Shown here: in pieces, positions 9,149-21,723 of the stretch | Layout of the letters: each line of letters opens with the position of its first letter | Numbering within the stretch: the stretch's first letter is position 1 | Assembly (NCBI GenBank): GCA_032718475.1 | Contig: JAUCBJ010002827.1 | Location: forward strand, 38,798 to 102,797 | Direction of reading: 5' to 3' | DNA: 64,000 bases | DNA from: Nemertoderma westbladi | Lineage: Eukaryota > Animalia > Xenacoelomorpha | Made by a program: the position numbers and the translations under genes | The notes under the pieces: generated by a model | The model's database searches: none | Told to the model about the DNA's origin: nothing | What the model saw: the letters and a program-made list of their open reading frames with translations, nothing else

Positions 9149-11455
9149 CTACCCGATTAGTACCGTTCCTCTCTTCTTTGCCCCTACGGTGCTTGTTGCC
9201 ATCGTCTGTCCTTTGCCTTGACCGAACTTAATTGGCGTTTCTTTGCATTGGTTGGCTCTATGTCCACCCGTCACACATCGAGAACAAACTTCGTTCCTCC
9301 TCGCATATTCTGTCTGATCTTCTCTGGGTAGTGCTTGCCAATATCTGCAGTTCATTGTCTGATGAAGTGCGTTCGCGTGCAATTGGCATTTGTTGTTTGG
9401 GTTATAGCCGTCCTTGTATAGTGCGCTGCGTATCGCACTTGGATTTGTACCTAAGTCCCTACTGTTTTTATTGCTTGGGTTCGGCCTACTGGGTGTGTTA
9501 GGGTTGTGTTTATTTGTGTTGTTATTTTTCCCCTGTCCACTCCATGGTGCAGCCTTACCCCCGGCTACATGTGGACTAGCAGTCCCCTGCGTCGCCGCGT
9601 ATGGCAGCGATTGCCTGAGCTTTGGCAATGCGTTCGCCGTGTTATGTTCTGGTTTCGGCCTATTGTATTCGGTCTTTGGTCCCTTTCCCAGGCTATCCTC
9701 GCTATAGACTGGGTCTGTTATGATTTCGGCTTCGTAGTTAAGGAAGCTCGACATTTCTTCTAGGCCCGGTTCCACACCCTTCCTCTCTCGAGTGGAGAAA
9801 GCGATCTTCCTCCACTTGTTGCACAACCACATCGGCAGTGCCTGTGCTATCGTGGTGATGTTGTTGGATGCGTTAAGTTCGTATGGTGCGTCCAGCGTCT
9901 TTAGCACGATTAGCGCTTTCTCGACTTTGTTCGCAAATGTCTTTATGCTAATGGGATTATCCTGTAGGCCACCCGATGTTATACCTCTCAGGGTCTGCCG
10001 GATGATCTTGGCCGGGTGCCTGTACTCCCTGTCTAGCGCCCGCCATGCTGTCGTGAAGCCACCCTCGATGCCCTGGTACTGCCTCACGATGTCGTATGCT
10101 GGGCCTCCTGTATACACCTGTAGATATTTTAGGCACTCCGCCTGCGTCAAGTTCTTCGTCAATATCTCATTGCTATACATGCGCCGAAACTGCAGGTATT
10201 CTTCCAGCCTACTTCCATCGAATTTAAACGGCTCCACGGGTGGTAACTCGATCCTGGTCTTTAATGCATCAATTAATGTAGCCATTCCCATCGCTTGTGC
10301 TTCCAATGGGTTCGATGGATGCTGTACAGATTCTCCTGTTGGGTGCGGTCCGTTCGTCCTATCTGCTGCCTTTCTATGGGTTGGATATATCATAGGGGGT
10401 AGCGGCCCCCTCCATATTTCGGTGTCGCATGATCTGTTCTCGTCCAGGGGGTTCGATGTTCTTATTCCTATTGGAGTATATTGTTGATATCGCGATGGGG
10501 GAATGTCACCCTGTCCCCCCCCCACCGGTATGTTTGATACTGGGGTTGATGGTAATATATTGGGGCCCATGCACCTATCCGCAATAACTCTCCCCTCCCC
10601 TGGATATATGTTATGTCCTTGCATGCTGTAGTCATACTGCTGTGCTGGTACCGGTATAGGCCTATCCACTTCTGGCCTACCTACAGGTATATACTCCGCG
10701 ACTTCCGGGTTTAATCCCTTCGTCCGCGCTACCCTATCGCCTACATTATCTCTTCCAGCATGGCCTATAGTATGTGCAGTAAGGCCTACAGTGTGTCCTG
10801 CAGTCTGTATGTGTCGCTCGGGATCGGAGTTTAACCTTCTCGAATAATCCTCCCCGCGGCTACCGTATTCTCGATCAGCAGGTATATCCCGTCGGGAAGT
10901 TTCTCTTCGATCCCCTCTACTGCTCTCGTCCTCGTACCGGTACACCCTGTACCCCTCTCTCGGTGCGTAGTACGCCTCGTCAGGTCGCGTCTCCCCAGGA
11001 CGACGGCAATCTCCCGGAGTTCGACCCCACTGACTCTCCGTCTCCATCTCTACTACCGACGGCTCGCTATCCGTCCTCACTTTCCTGTCGTTCGCGACGA
11101 CAATTCTTCTACTCTCTTCCCTTCTTCTCTCTGCAGTGCAGTATCCCCGCTCATGAGATCTCTCGTCGACCTCCCGGTTAAACTCCACTGTTCTTCTTCC
11201 CTCTTCTGATTGGGCTCGACGTCTCGTCGCTCGCCCTCTCGCGACGTCAACCTGTCTCTTTCTGCTCGATCGCACGCCGCTGGGGATACTCGTAATCCCC
11301 CTACTATTCTCCATCGCCGGGTGCTGCGGTTCACCTAATTCGCCCCGCGCATTATCCGCCGACGCCTGTGGGGCACTCCCTGCCCCCCCCCCCTCTCTCG
11401 CCGCTAATCCCTCGTTGTGGGGCTCCTGCAGCCCCCCCCCCCCCTCACTCGCCAC
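9149..11455 (-). CDS. BEL/Pao Gag (capsid-like DUF1759 region and Cys/His knuckles)
   Basis: PFKFDGS..EYLQFRRMY..LKYLQVYTGGPA..AWRALDREY; CQLHANALHQTMNC and CSRCVTGGHRANQC. Confidence 0.85.
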   Translation of the reverse strand: MASEGGGGLQEPHNEGLAAREGGGAGSAPQASADNARGELGEPQHPAMENSRGITSIPSGVRSSRKRQVDVARGRATRRRAQSEEGRRTVEFNREVDERSHERGYCTAERRREESRRIVVANDRKVRTDSEPSVVEMETESQWGRTPGDCRRPGETRPDEAYYAPREGYRVYRYEDESSRGDRRETSRRDIPADREYGSRGEDYSRRLNSDPERHIQTAGHTVGLTAHTIGHAGRDNVGDRVARTKGLNPEVAEYIPVGRPEVDRPIPVPAQQYDYSMQGHNIYPGEGRVIADRCMGPNILPSTPVSNIPVGGGQGDIPPSRYQQYTPIGIRTSNPLDENRSCDTEIWRGPLPPMIYPTHRKAADRTNGPHPTGESVQHPSNPLEAQAMGMATLIDALKTRIELPPVEPFKFDGSRLEEYLQFRRMYSNEILTKNLTQAECLKYLQVYTGGPAYDIVRQYQGIEGGFTTAWRALDREYRHPAKIIRQTLRGITSGGLQDNPISIKTFANKVEKALIVLKTLDAPYELNASNNITTIAQALPMWLCNKWRKIAFSTRERKGVEPGLEEMSSFLNYEAEIITDPVYSEDSLGKGPKTEYNRPKPEHNTANALPKLRQSLPYAATQGTASPHVAGGKAAPWSGQGKNNNTNKHNPNTPSRPNPSNKNSRDLGTNPSAIRSALYKDGYNPNNKCQLHANALHQTMNCRYWQALPREDQTEYARRNEVCSRCVTGGHRANQCKETPIKFGQGKGQTMATSTVGAKKRGTVLIG

Positions 11456-11559
11456 CTATCACTTCCCTACCTCTCACTTCGTCTCTACACCCCTCTCTAG
11501 TCGACGCACTAACTCTACTGCGGCTGGGTCTATTCACCCCCGCCTCTCCCTCTACTACT

Positions 11560-11822
11560 GTGTGGCCTACCAGGCCCCCCTCGGGTTGACTCAACCCTGC
11601 CACTCCCTGCATACTAACTACGTGGCCTACCAGGCCCCCATCGGGCTCTCTCACCCCCGCCGCCTCCTGCCTACTGATTACATGGCCTACCAGGCTCCCG
11701 TCGGGGTTTCTCACCCCCGCCACCTCCTCCCTACTGATTACGTGGCCTACCAGGCTCTCATTGGGGTTTCTCACCCCCGTTGCTTCCTGCCTACTAACTG
11801 CGTGGCCTACCAGGCTCTCATT
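11560..11822. repeat. 60-bp tandem repeat (20-aa unit SLVGHVISRQEAAGVRNPDG on minus)
   Basis: About 4.4 copies of GTGGCCTACCAGGC at 60-nt spacing. Confidence 0.9.
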
Positions 11823-12494
11823 TGACGGGCCATCCGCATCCGCCACATTTATATTAATAGCACCATTATCAACACTGTTTACCAAATTATTTAAATTATT
11901 TTGCACATCTAAACTAGAAACGGGATTATTTTGTTCGTTCGAATTAAGATTATTATTTAAATTATTTTGCGTAATTATATTATTTGAATTATTTTGTATA
12001 TTCGGATCTAAATTATTACTTGAATTATTTGGGTTACTATGTACGTTTAAATTGTAATCGTTCGGATTTAAATTACTAGTATCGGGCAAAATTTTATTTC
12101 CTGCAACGAAAGTTTGATTAGGGTTATCCACTATGGTACTATTAATATTAATGTTTTCTACAGTATTATTATTATTACCCCCCCGCCGGTACGGTCACAC
12201 CAGTCTTGGGTCTGTCGTCCGGTCCCTGTAAGTGGGGTATTAATAAATGTTTCCATAACTTCTGGCTCCTCGTAAACACTACCCGAGCCAGCCTCTCTCT
12301 CTGACAGCCCCACCTGCGCCAGTTCTAGTCGGTGCTTCTGTTTCGCCTGATACTGCATAAGCCCCCTCAACCGGGCGTGCATGTCATCCCGCACACGCTT
12401 TCCCGTTCTCTCTCTCTCCCTGTCCTCTCGCATACTCTACTCGGCCAATTCCGCCTCTCTCGCAACTCTCTCAAGTCGTCTCGCCTCGTGCTCT

Positions 12495-12695
12495 TTTCAC
12501 TCACTCGCCCCTCTCGCCTCACGCTCTTTATGTTCATTCTCCTCTCTCGCCTCACGCTCTTTACGTTCATTCTCGTCTCTCGCCTCACGCTCTTTACGTT
12601 CATTCTCCGCTCTCGCCTCACGCTCTTTACGTTCATTCTCCACTCTCGCCCCTCTCGCCTCTCTCGCCGCCTCACGCTCTTTACGTTCGCTCGCC
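12495..12695. repeat. 33-bp tandem repeat (11-aa unit MNVKSVRRERR on minus)
   Basis: Repeated CTCTCGCCTCACGCTCTTTACGTTCATT. Confidence 0.9.
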
Positions 12696-13755
12696 TCTGC
12701 CGCTCTTCTTGCTCCTTCCTTTCCCTCATTCCTATTTCTTCACACTCCCTAAAGTTTCTCGCGACCCTCTTGGCCCTCTCTTTATTCTCTCTGGCCAGCT
12801 CTCTGTCTTTCTCTAGTAATGCACTCCCTTCTTCCAACTGCCTCTCTAATTCTCTCTGTTCCAGCGCCACCAGATCGAGCCAACACGCCAGATCTATTTC
12901 TAGCACCCGTCTTACTTTTGCGGAGGATGTAGCAGACTTGTCGGTCGCGACGGACTCCTACCGCCTTCCCGTCCTACTAACTTTCCCCCGCTTTCTGGAA
13001 TTCTCGCCGACCGACGAGACCGAATCCTCGGGATTAACCTCGGATTCGCCCTCCTGCGGTCCCCTCCAACCCACTAACTTAATTCCCTGGGCATCGACTA
13101 AGTATGGCCCTATGTACACTACACCAGGCTCCATAACCCTACGCCTACATTCCCACAGTTCGAACAGTTCGGTGGCGACCCCTCTCGCTCTCTCATTGGC
13201 TAGTTCTCCCTGCCCAAAGCGCACTAAATAATCAAAATGTTTATTCTACTCACCTAGCCGCTTCTCTAACTTCACCTGGTCCATCTTCGCCCCTTCTTTG
13301 GCTTCCCTCAGCTGTTTTCTGGTTGGGTTGTAGGCTCGTCAGAGCCGATCGCTGATTCCGACGTCCTCGTCGCCGACATCCCCTCTTTCTCTCCGTGTTC
13401 GGCGTCGTACCGGCGGCCCCACCATCGCTGTTCCGGTGGGCCGTCCATTGCCCTCGGCCTGTGGCTGGCCGGCGACATCGGTACGTCGACCGCCGTCGTG
13501 CGTCGACTCGTCTCTCCTTTCCCCCGACTCACTCGTCCCTCCTTGTGGGAGACAGCCGCCCTACGCTTGGGCTACCGGATCGTTCGGGGTTGACGAGTCC
13601 GGCGTCCTGGGTCGATACTGTCGCGTTGCGGCCTCGTGGATCGTTTCGTTTGTATCATCCGGGGTCCGCGGCGGTGTTCTTTCTCCCTCTAGACTCATCT
13701 TTAACTTCTTCTGGTGGCTGGCAGTCACAGTTTTGGGTAGCTGGTATTTTATTAC

Positions 13756-14042
13756 TGTGACGGGATCACAGGATCCCGACCGGTTTTAGTTTATTTACGC
13801 GTCCCCGCCGTGTGAGTGAAAATGAGTTTATTATCATTCCGATATTATTGGTGAATATAAAATATAGTTTGTGATTAAAGAACAGATAACACAGTTGATA
13901 GATATTGAGTGAATGGCAGACTGGATATATGAAATGGTTTGTGGCCTTACTACTCAGTCGATGCTTGCCCCCCATTGGCCAATAACCTAATTCTCGGCTC
14001 CCACCTCTGTGGGAGTGTTTCCCCCTTGCTACCGACTGTACA
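13756..14042 (-). repeat. Putative 5' LTR of BEL element 1
   Basis: Minus strand begins TGTACA, ends TCACA and contains AATAAA; CR1 sequence resumes directly at 14043. No second copy exists to confirm the inner boundary. Confidence 0.45.
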
Positions 14043-14473
14043 AATTTAATTCGTGCTCTACATATTTTGGAATCTTGGGCTGATACTTGGCAATTGAAAG
14101 TTGCAGCTCATAAGTGCCATGTGCTTCAAATAGGAACTTACGGCCGAGATAATGGTGCTATTACTTACCAGTTGTGCGGTAGTATTTTGAAACTGAATGC
14201 ATCGTGTAGGGACTTGGGAATTACCATGTGCAGTGACTTAAATTTTGACCTGTATTGTCGTGAACATGTTTCCAAGGCGTTCAAGATTGTAAATATTATT
14301 TTCAGATGCTTCTGTACAAATAATACTCGTGCCTTTCTCACTGCTTTTAAATCCTATGTACGACCTTATATTTCACCTCTGTTTGGTCGCCCTATCATGT
14401 TGGAGCAATTGATCTCCTTGAGCGGGTACAAAGATATTTTACGCGTCGACTGTGGAATTTGGAACATGTAGGG
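14043..14473 (+). pseudogene. CR1-type ORF2 fragment (end of RT and thumb)
   Basis: LESWADTWQLKVAAHKCHVLQIG..RDLGITM..AFKSYVRP, then LERVQRYFTRRL after a frameshift. Confidence 0.85.
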
Positions 14474-15789
14474 CAGTGGCGGAGATCTGTATTTGATAGT
14501 GGGGGGGACAGAAAGAGAATTAACTTTTTTACTAACTTGAATTTACAGGGAGTGGGGGGGGGGGGGGGGGGGGTGGGGGGAGGGTGGTGTGGTAGCGAAT
14601 GATCACAAATACAACTACTTCTCATTGTGATGTTTTCGCAGCCTAAAATTTAGTGAAAAGTTTAGGAATGGACATTGGACAATCCAAATTCTTTAAAAAA
14701 AAAGTCACCATGATAGCACTTTAGCGGCCAAATGGCCTATTTGCCAAAAAGGGTAGGCCTATACTTCTTGAACAATATCTGAATATTGCTGTTATTGAGT
14801 TCAAATTTGGTGAATCGGTTTATTTCATGGTTGCATCCAATGCTATCGAGCAATTATGGCAGAAATTTAGCTGTGGCCATTTTATAAACAAAAAGGCCCA
14901 AAAAAGGCCCGTTTTGGAGCCTTTTCGCTCTCAAATGGCCCCGTGAAGCATTTTTAGCTAAAATTGCTTGATAACCATAGAGACAAGCATATTTTGAAGC
15001 TCTGTTCCAAATTTCAACTAATTTCATTAACTGATTTCGAGAAATATAGTTTTTCGAGAAAAAAATACATTCTCTGCGATTTAATGGGTTTAATAAAGTA
15101 AAGAAAATGCAAAGTTTACCGTTAATTTAGATAATATCTTCTTTCTTTGTTCGACTATGACTTTGTCAAATAATTTTTTATCATTTCGTTTGAAATTCAA
15201 CTAAATTTTTTATCATAGCTAAAAATATACTGTAAGATATACTGTATGCCTACAGCATGTATATATACAGTATATTGCAGCATTTATATGTAGCATATTT
15301 ATACAGTACAACCATTTGCCAATTTTATTAATTTATACCTGCACCTTGGGAGCCTTTTTGGTGAAAAGGGCCTTATTCGATTGAAATTATCGTCCTGCTC
15401 GAAGGCCTCTCAAAAAAAGACTAGCTCTTACATTTTGGCTAATAACTTGAGTTTGAGAAAAGATATTTGAGAAAGCTGCTTGCAAACTTGCGTTGAAAAC
15501 ATATCCAAATACATTTACTATTTAAATGTGGTTAGAATGTCATTATTATACAAATAATACAGGTCTTTCATTTTTGGAGGTCCAATTTTACAATGCAAAA
15601 TGTATTGTATTTTTATGTAGGTATATACTGCGATAATTAATTTTAACCAATAATGGATCAATGGGTGGGTCTCATTGATGGACTGAATGAAAAACCTATC
15701 TTTACTAATTATGGAGGGGATATTATCACCGATTCTAAAAAGTGGGGGGGGACAATGTCCCCCTCTCCCCCCCAGGATTTCCGCCACTG
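14474..15789. mobile_element. Non-autonomous hAT DNA transposon
   Basis: TIRs CAGTGGCGGA.../...TCCGCCACTG; perfect 8-bp TSD ATGTAGGG (14466-14473, 15790-15797). Confidence 0.9.
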
Positions 15790-16583
15790 ATGTAGGGTAT
15801 TTAGATAGGATTAGGATATTAAAACTACAACCTCTCGAAGTGCGCCGTGTTATTTTTGACTTAAAAATGGCACATTCTATCGTTTACTTTACAGTAATAT
15901 CGAATATCGATTTGAACGATTTCTTCACTATTGCACCGAGAGCTGGACTTAGAGGTCACGAGCTTAAACTCTACCATAAACAGTCGAGGCTTCTAATGTG
16001 CAAGAATAATTTTGCCCACCGAGTAGTTTCAATTTGGAACTGGCTCATAGCGGAAACTGTCAATACTGAAAGTAAATTTTTATTTTCTAAAAAGCTTAAA
16101 GACCTTGACCTGCTATCTTTTTTGTAAATTTAATTTGTAATTTAAAATGTAATTTAATTTTTTATTTTTTTGATTATTTTTGTGAATCATAACAATCAAT
16201 TTTTATTGCGAATATTTTATTGCACATAGCCTACTGTTTAGTGTACCCTTGTATTTATTTTATTTTATATTTTCAGCACCGCTTCTGTCTATTCTACTGC
16301 ACCGTTTAATGCTTTTTTATTTTGAATGTAAATATGACATCTTTATTTACTGCAACAAATTTTTTTTTTTATCAATTTTCAGAAATTCGTAGACTATGAC
16401 ATTGTTGCGTTAATTTTAATTTGTAGAATATATTTCTGTATTTTTGTGTAATTTTAGAGCCTGCTCGGGCAACCATAAGTGTTTAATTTTTAATAACCTG
16501 GCTGTTTTCTCTCCTCATGTACTTTTAATTTAATTTTTATATATACATAGAGTGATAATAATAAAAAAATAATAAATAAATAA
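15790..16583 (+). mobile_element. CR1-type LINE 3' end (ORF2 C-terminus, 3' UTR and (AATA)n tail)
   Basis: YLDRIRILKLQPLEVRR..LRGHELKL..FAHRVVSIWNWL; stop at 16127; A-rich tail ending about 16583. Confidence 0.85.
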
Positions 16584-17615
16584 AGCTACTATCAGTTGCC
16601 GAAACGCGACAACACCGGTGGCAACTACTAGCCCTGCTACTAGCTATCATCCTATTCCTTCCTTCTGTAAGCTTCATCAATCTTATTTCACTCATAAGTG
16701 CAATTTTACTCATAAAAGGATGGAAGAATTAAATTGAAAAATTGAAATTGAAATTGAATCGGCATAAGGTAAAGGGGAACTTTCCTTTCTTCTTTGATTT
16801 ATTCTCATTGGCGGTTTGGTTAAATTTCTTATTTATTTATTTAAATTTCTTAAGTATCGATTTTGGGATAGAATTGCTCAATTTTAATCTGTATCTAATA
16901 ACTGAGCCTCGCCTGCGCGATGGCCCCACGAAAATGTTGTTATTGTAAAAGCTGTCAAGTGTGTATAACTACTGTAATTTCACACATTTTATATTCGCCC
17001 GTGTATAAATTATTAACTTAATAAATCAATTCTAAATGATATAATTCGTAATTAATATTAGTTTTTAAACGTTCTTCAGTTCATTGTGCACACGTTTTAC
17101 TGTTTTATGTGCTATTGAGGAACAAATTTTTTTGGTTGGTGTAAATTCAGTGTTGCTTGGCGCAAATTATTCTACGCCCGGCGCACCTCCGGCGTGCAAT
17201 ACATAGGGGGACGTCTATTTACACCAAAAACACACAAAAACACACAAAAACTCACAAAAACACACAAAAACACACAAAAACTCACAAAAACACACAAAAA
17301 CATACAAAAACACACAAAAACAGACAAAAACATACGGCATATATATGAAATGCCTGCAAAGGTAATTATCATTGCGGTTTGGGTTGTTGTCTGTTTGTAT
17401 GCCTGTTTGTCTGTGTGGATGTAATTAATTGTAATCCAAAACGCAATAGTCAGATAGTTATTGCTGAAATACCTGTAGGCATACTCCAGTAGGGTCAGCC
17501 TAATCACCCAACTACACCCAACTTTCACCCAACTACACCCAACTACACCCAACTTTCACCCAACTACCACCCAACTACACAACTACACCCAACTTTCACC
17601 AACTACACCCAACTA

Positions 17616-18853
17616 CAGTCCCTATCTCATTCTGAATATTATTTCTCAAACTGGGTATCATTTCTCAAACCTTTTACTAATGATAGTCAACGGAGAATTT
17701 CAGTAGGTAAGACTGGGGTAAGAGTTGAGAAATCAGAAAGATGCAACCAGCTCAATCTAACTCAACTAGAGTCTGGCGCCGCCATGGTTTGAGTTAGGTT
17801 GACTTCCAACGGTGCCATACTCAGCATTACTCTTCCTGTACGGGATGGATAATTACTCTGGTTGAGTGAGGCACCACATGGGGAAGGGGCCTCTGTCTGT
17901 TGCTTGGGCTCTTGAGTTAATGGGTTGAATTACATAAGCTGGGCAGGCCGGCAGGCTTGCTCATAAAAGACATGTCAATCACGCAATTCCTTTGTGGGCT
18001 TTACTAAATGTATGTTGTTAACTAAACCACACTGGCTCGGTCTGTTTGTAGAGATAGTTTTAATTCTGGGAATATTGTTGTCGAAAATTGGTGCTCTGTT
18101 GTCTGTCTGTTTGATGTCAATTGGTCCCTTACAAGACATATCAGTTTAAAAATCTAATGGTTAATTAAGAATTATTAGTGCATATGGGACCTCGCAACAC
18201 CCCCCTCCCATAAATATGGCCCTGTCTATAATTACAGAGGTTTCCTCTGGCCCCTTTGCCCGGTATAGCCACACCCGGACGTATTGCGAATAATTGTGTT
18301 GACGATGTAATAGAGAATTAAACATTGGTAAAACATTAACGTTAAACATTAGAAACATTAGCGAAATATACGCGACATTAAAATAAATTTATAAAATTGG
18401 TTGGTTATATTATATGGTTATATTTTAATGTAAAATAACGTTAATATGTTATGAGTCATACATACTTAATAAATGTAATAAAAATTTATAAATCTTCAGT
18501 TTAATAATTTTTTAGCATATAATTTTTTTATTCTGAAATTTAAAAATAAATAGAGTCACTGAGTCTGCAACTTAATTCTCACTGTCTACTGGAGTTAATT
18601 ACACACAAACAAATCAAGTTTAGGGAATGTTATAACAGCAGGAGACCATCAAACCCGTAGGCAGAGTATAACAGAAGCGAGTGGGCCATTAAACACAGAC
18701 AGCTTGCTGTATGAATGCTACACAGTGCACAGTGGGTGGTTACGCGAGTTTGAGTTGGGTTTGAGTAAACCAGACAGGTTTGAGTTAGTAAGAGTGAGGT
18801 AAGAAAAAAGGTACCCAGTTTGAGAAACAGTATCTAGAATGAGTTAGGGACTG
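17616..18853. mobile_element. Tc1/mariner-type non-autonomous element
   Basis: TIR CAGTCCCTA(T/A)CTCATTCT..TTTCTCAAACTGGGTA; TA on both sides; inserted into an (AACTACACCC)n array. Confidence 0.8.
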
Positions 18854-19847
18854 TATACCACCCATCTATGATCTACACCCAACTCTGCAAATACACCCAA
18901 CTTCAACGTTCAACACAACAGCATCCAACTTACACCAAACTATACTGTATGGCACCTATCTTCCACAAATTACAATATGTACAGTAAACAAACTCTGAAC
19001 TTCTTTGAGGAATTGCTGAGATATGAACTTTTAAAAGTTGCATGTACTCGTGCTGTATTTTGCCATCACTGCCCTGCAATTATGAAAATAACTAACTAAC
19101 ATTTTATTTTTATTGCAGGTTGATTCTAGAATAATTGATGAATTTAGCAATAAATATACAAAGGAGAGACACAGAGACTATTGACGGACGATCCAGATAC
19201 CTATAGATGTCTACACATACCACGCATCAAAACTCCAAACTAAGCTACAGTACAAACTAAACTGGCGCTGTGGGATTGCGGTGAAAATGAAAACGGTATT
19301 GATACACAGGAGGGTCACCGTCACAGCCTTAACGACGAAATCGCATTATTGGAAACTTCTGCTGTGGGAATAGCAATGCAGATAATTCGTACAAAGTTAA
19401 TGGACATAAGTTCTATATTATACAGTATGTTTAATGCAATTATAATAATGTAATTATCCTTTATGTATCATAGAATACAAGAAAAAAAACTGTAACATTA
19501 TTTTCAGCTTCTTTATCTTAAACTTTATGGCCTTTATACTGTATTAATTAATTTTTAACGAAACAACAGAAATAAATTTAGAACTTTTTACATTTCTCAT
19601 TACATTTTACATGTCTCAAGTTTACACTCCATTTGGCTCCCTGATCCAATCTTAATGGTTAGCAAATAAAGTACTTTCTGTATAATATAGGCGAATAATA
19701 AATTTCTCATGGAACCAAAATAATAAACGAAAGATAAGATCAAATTAATATAAAGGCCACGAAGTTTAGAATAAAACTGTTGAAAATAAAGACTACTGTA
19801 TGTTACAATCTTTCTTGTAATATGATACATAAAGGATAATTATAATA

Positions 19848-19975
19848 TTTTATTGTTAAATTTCTGAATTACTTAACGCTCGTCCTTGGACAAGCCGTAA
19901 ATACAGTAGATAGATGGATTATTTGCGGCTCGTCCATAGACGAGCGCTAAGTAATCAAGAAATTTAACAATAAAA
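19848..19975. repeat. Near-perfect 128-bp palindrome (hairpin MITE-like)
   Basis: TTTTATTGTTAAATTTCT...AGAAATTTAACAATAAAA, with pairing continuing inward. Confidence 0.7.
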
Positions 19976-20502
19976 CAACGTATTTTAGTGTATAATGTAC
20001 TTTTATCTCACTTCGGTCCCTCGTTTCAATATTTCACTAACTCGAATATGATAATAACTCGAAATAAATTTTCCAGTATTTACTAATTATCATAGTGCGT
20101 TAAGGCTCGCCTTTACTACGTGGCTCGCATGTTCTCGCTGTTATGCCTCAGAACTAAACATTAGATATATTGTACTGTATGTCCTACTCATCTTCACATC
20201 CAAAAAAGCGACGTAGATTAGGATTTGTATGGTTTTTGGCAATTTTATAATTTGCTTTATAATTTTTTATTTTCAAAAATCCTGACCTGCGAGAAAGTGG
20301 TGAAAGGTAAGTGTAGTTGTGTGGAAGTGAGACAATGTTGAGTGTACTGTAGTTGGGTGGAGAATTGGGTGTAGTTGGGCGAAAGTTGGGTGTTGTTGGG
20401 GGTAGTTGGGTGAAAGTTGGGTGTAGTTGGGTGGAAGTGGAGTGTAGTTGGGTGAAAGTGAGTCAAAGTTGAGTGTAGTTGGTTGGAGAGTTTGGTGTTC
20501 TG

Positions 20503-20648
20503 TGGACGAGTCACGCAGTCAGGGCAAGCCTTAGCGCACAATTGCAATTAGTAAAAATAGGGCAAAATTTCATCTCCAGTCGGTCGATCTGTCCGCTTGT
20601 CTGTCTGTAATGAAAAATTCATTCGTAAGTAACTTTTGAAGATTTTCG
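20503..20648. repeat. Dispersed short repeat with (GTCT)n microsatellite, DINE-1/Helentron-like; inverse copy at about 34740-34863
   Basis: Shared CTTAGCGCACAATT..AATAGGGCAAAATTTCAT..GTCTGTCT..TAATGAAAAATTCATTCG. Family assignment is inference. Confidence 0.45.
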
Positions 20649-20779
20649 CCAACTGATCCACATTAAAGCCCGATGAGAAACCCCACTTGGGATCCGACTA
20701 TGTAGCAACATACCTAAAGTGTGTGACATATTATTCATTCACATGTGAGAATTTAGCTTGGAAACCTCAATGTTGATCA

Positions 20780-21203
20780 GATAGACTTTGCTGATGACTT
20801 AGGAGTACTCTCAGAATCATTAGAGGGAGCCCAACGGCTCCTCAGCTCATTAGAACATTCTGCTTCTAGTGTTGGTCCCATGAGCATAAGCTCAAAAGAT
20901 GGTATGCTTGAGCATGTGGACAACTTCTGTTACCTGGGATCATGGATCCGGAAGTCAGATGAGGACCTTCGAATACGTAAGGGAAAGGCATGGGCAGCCT
21001 TGAATAGGCTTTCCAGGATTTGGAAGTCACCGAGAATTAATCGGAAACTCAAGGTCCGATTATTTAGAGCAGCAGTAGTTCCAGTACTCCTCTACGGGAG
21101 TCCATGCTGGGCTCTAACTGCTGAGGACACCAAATCTCTGGATGGCACATTCACAAGAATGCTACGCCGGGTTCATTGTGTCAAGTACAATGCACACATT
21201 AGG
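20780..21203 (+). pseudogene. RTE-clade LINE RT internal fragment
   Basis: DFADDL..VDNFCYLGS..RIRKGKAWAALNRLSRIWKS..LKVRLFRAAVVPVLLYGS; flanked by a 22-bp direct repeat. Confidence 0.85.
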
Positions 21204-21524
21204 TTGGAAACCTCAATGTTGATCACATGAGGATTTTCGAATGGGTGGAATGTCTGAAAGATTAAAAAGATGTGTGATGAATTATTATTTCTACTACTGT
21301 AAGATCTGTAATGTATAACGATCTTATCGATTCTCATACTGTAGAGATCTTGTCCATTCTGGCATCGCCTGTATGTGAAGTTCATAATAAGTTCCTTGCA
21401 GAAATTCCCTTGACCTGTACAGATCTTACCAGATCCCCTTTTAGTTTATCAAAAATGTAAAATGTTCTAAAATTATTGCTGTTGTTTCGTTAAAAATTAA
21501 TTAATATAAAGGCCATAAAGTTCG

Positions 21525-21723
21525 CCCATGTGAATAATACCAGGATTTCACTTTTCGGTCGACATTTTATTGGAATTTTATGTATGAAGATTTTTTATTT
21601 TTTTTAATTTATCTTTTTGATACGTTTCGTTTTGATACGGCTAAATTTCGTTTATTGTTTTGGTTAGATTCAGCCCTTTTGTAACCTGTGATTTTAATGA
21701 AAACCTGGGATTCTTCACATGGG
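21525..21723. mobile_element. Small MITE-like element
   Basis: TIR CCCATGTGAA(T/G)AAT(A/C)CCAGG; a related end is present at about 27385-27424. Confidence 0.55.

Larger units (their letters stand above)
11445..13300 (-). pseudogene. Extended, frameshifted N-terminal Gag region (coiled-coil, Asn-rich and tandem peptide repeats)
   Basis: Chained ORFs at 12958-13224, 12367-12906, 12158-12433 and 11445-12131, with the same purine-rich strand bias as gag. Confidence 0.55.
2148..14042 (-). mobile_element. BEL/Pao LTR retrotransposon (degenerate, 3' LTR missing) with an additional ORF
   Basis: Order gag-PR-RT-RNaseH-INT with BEL-specific motifs and several frameshifts. Putative 5' LTR at 13756-14042. 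Sits between two CR1 RT fragments. The left boundary is approximate. Confidence 0.85.

Noticed and set aside
13741-13870. Self-priming complementarity in BEL element 1
   Set aside because: Only an 8-nt AT-only match (TATTTTAT/ATAAAATA), offset from an unconfirmed LTR end.
20665-20706. Decayed hammerhead (CCGATGAG...CGACTATGTA)
   Set aside because: Both conserved core boxes are mutated and stem II is poor.
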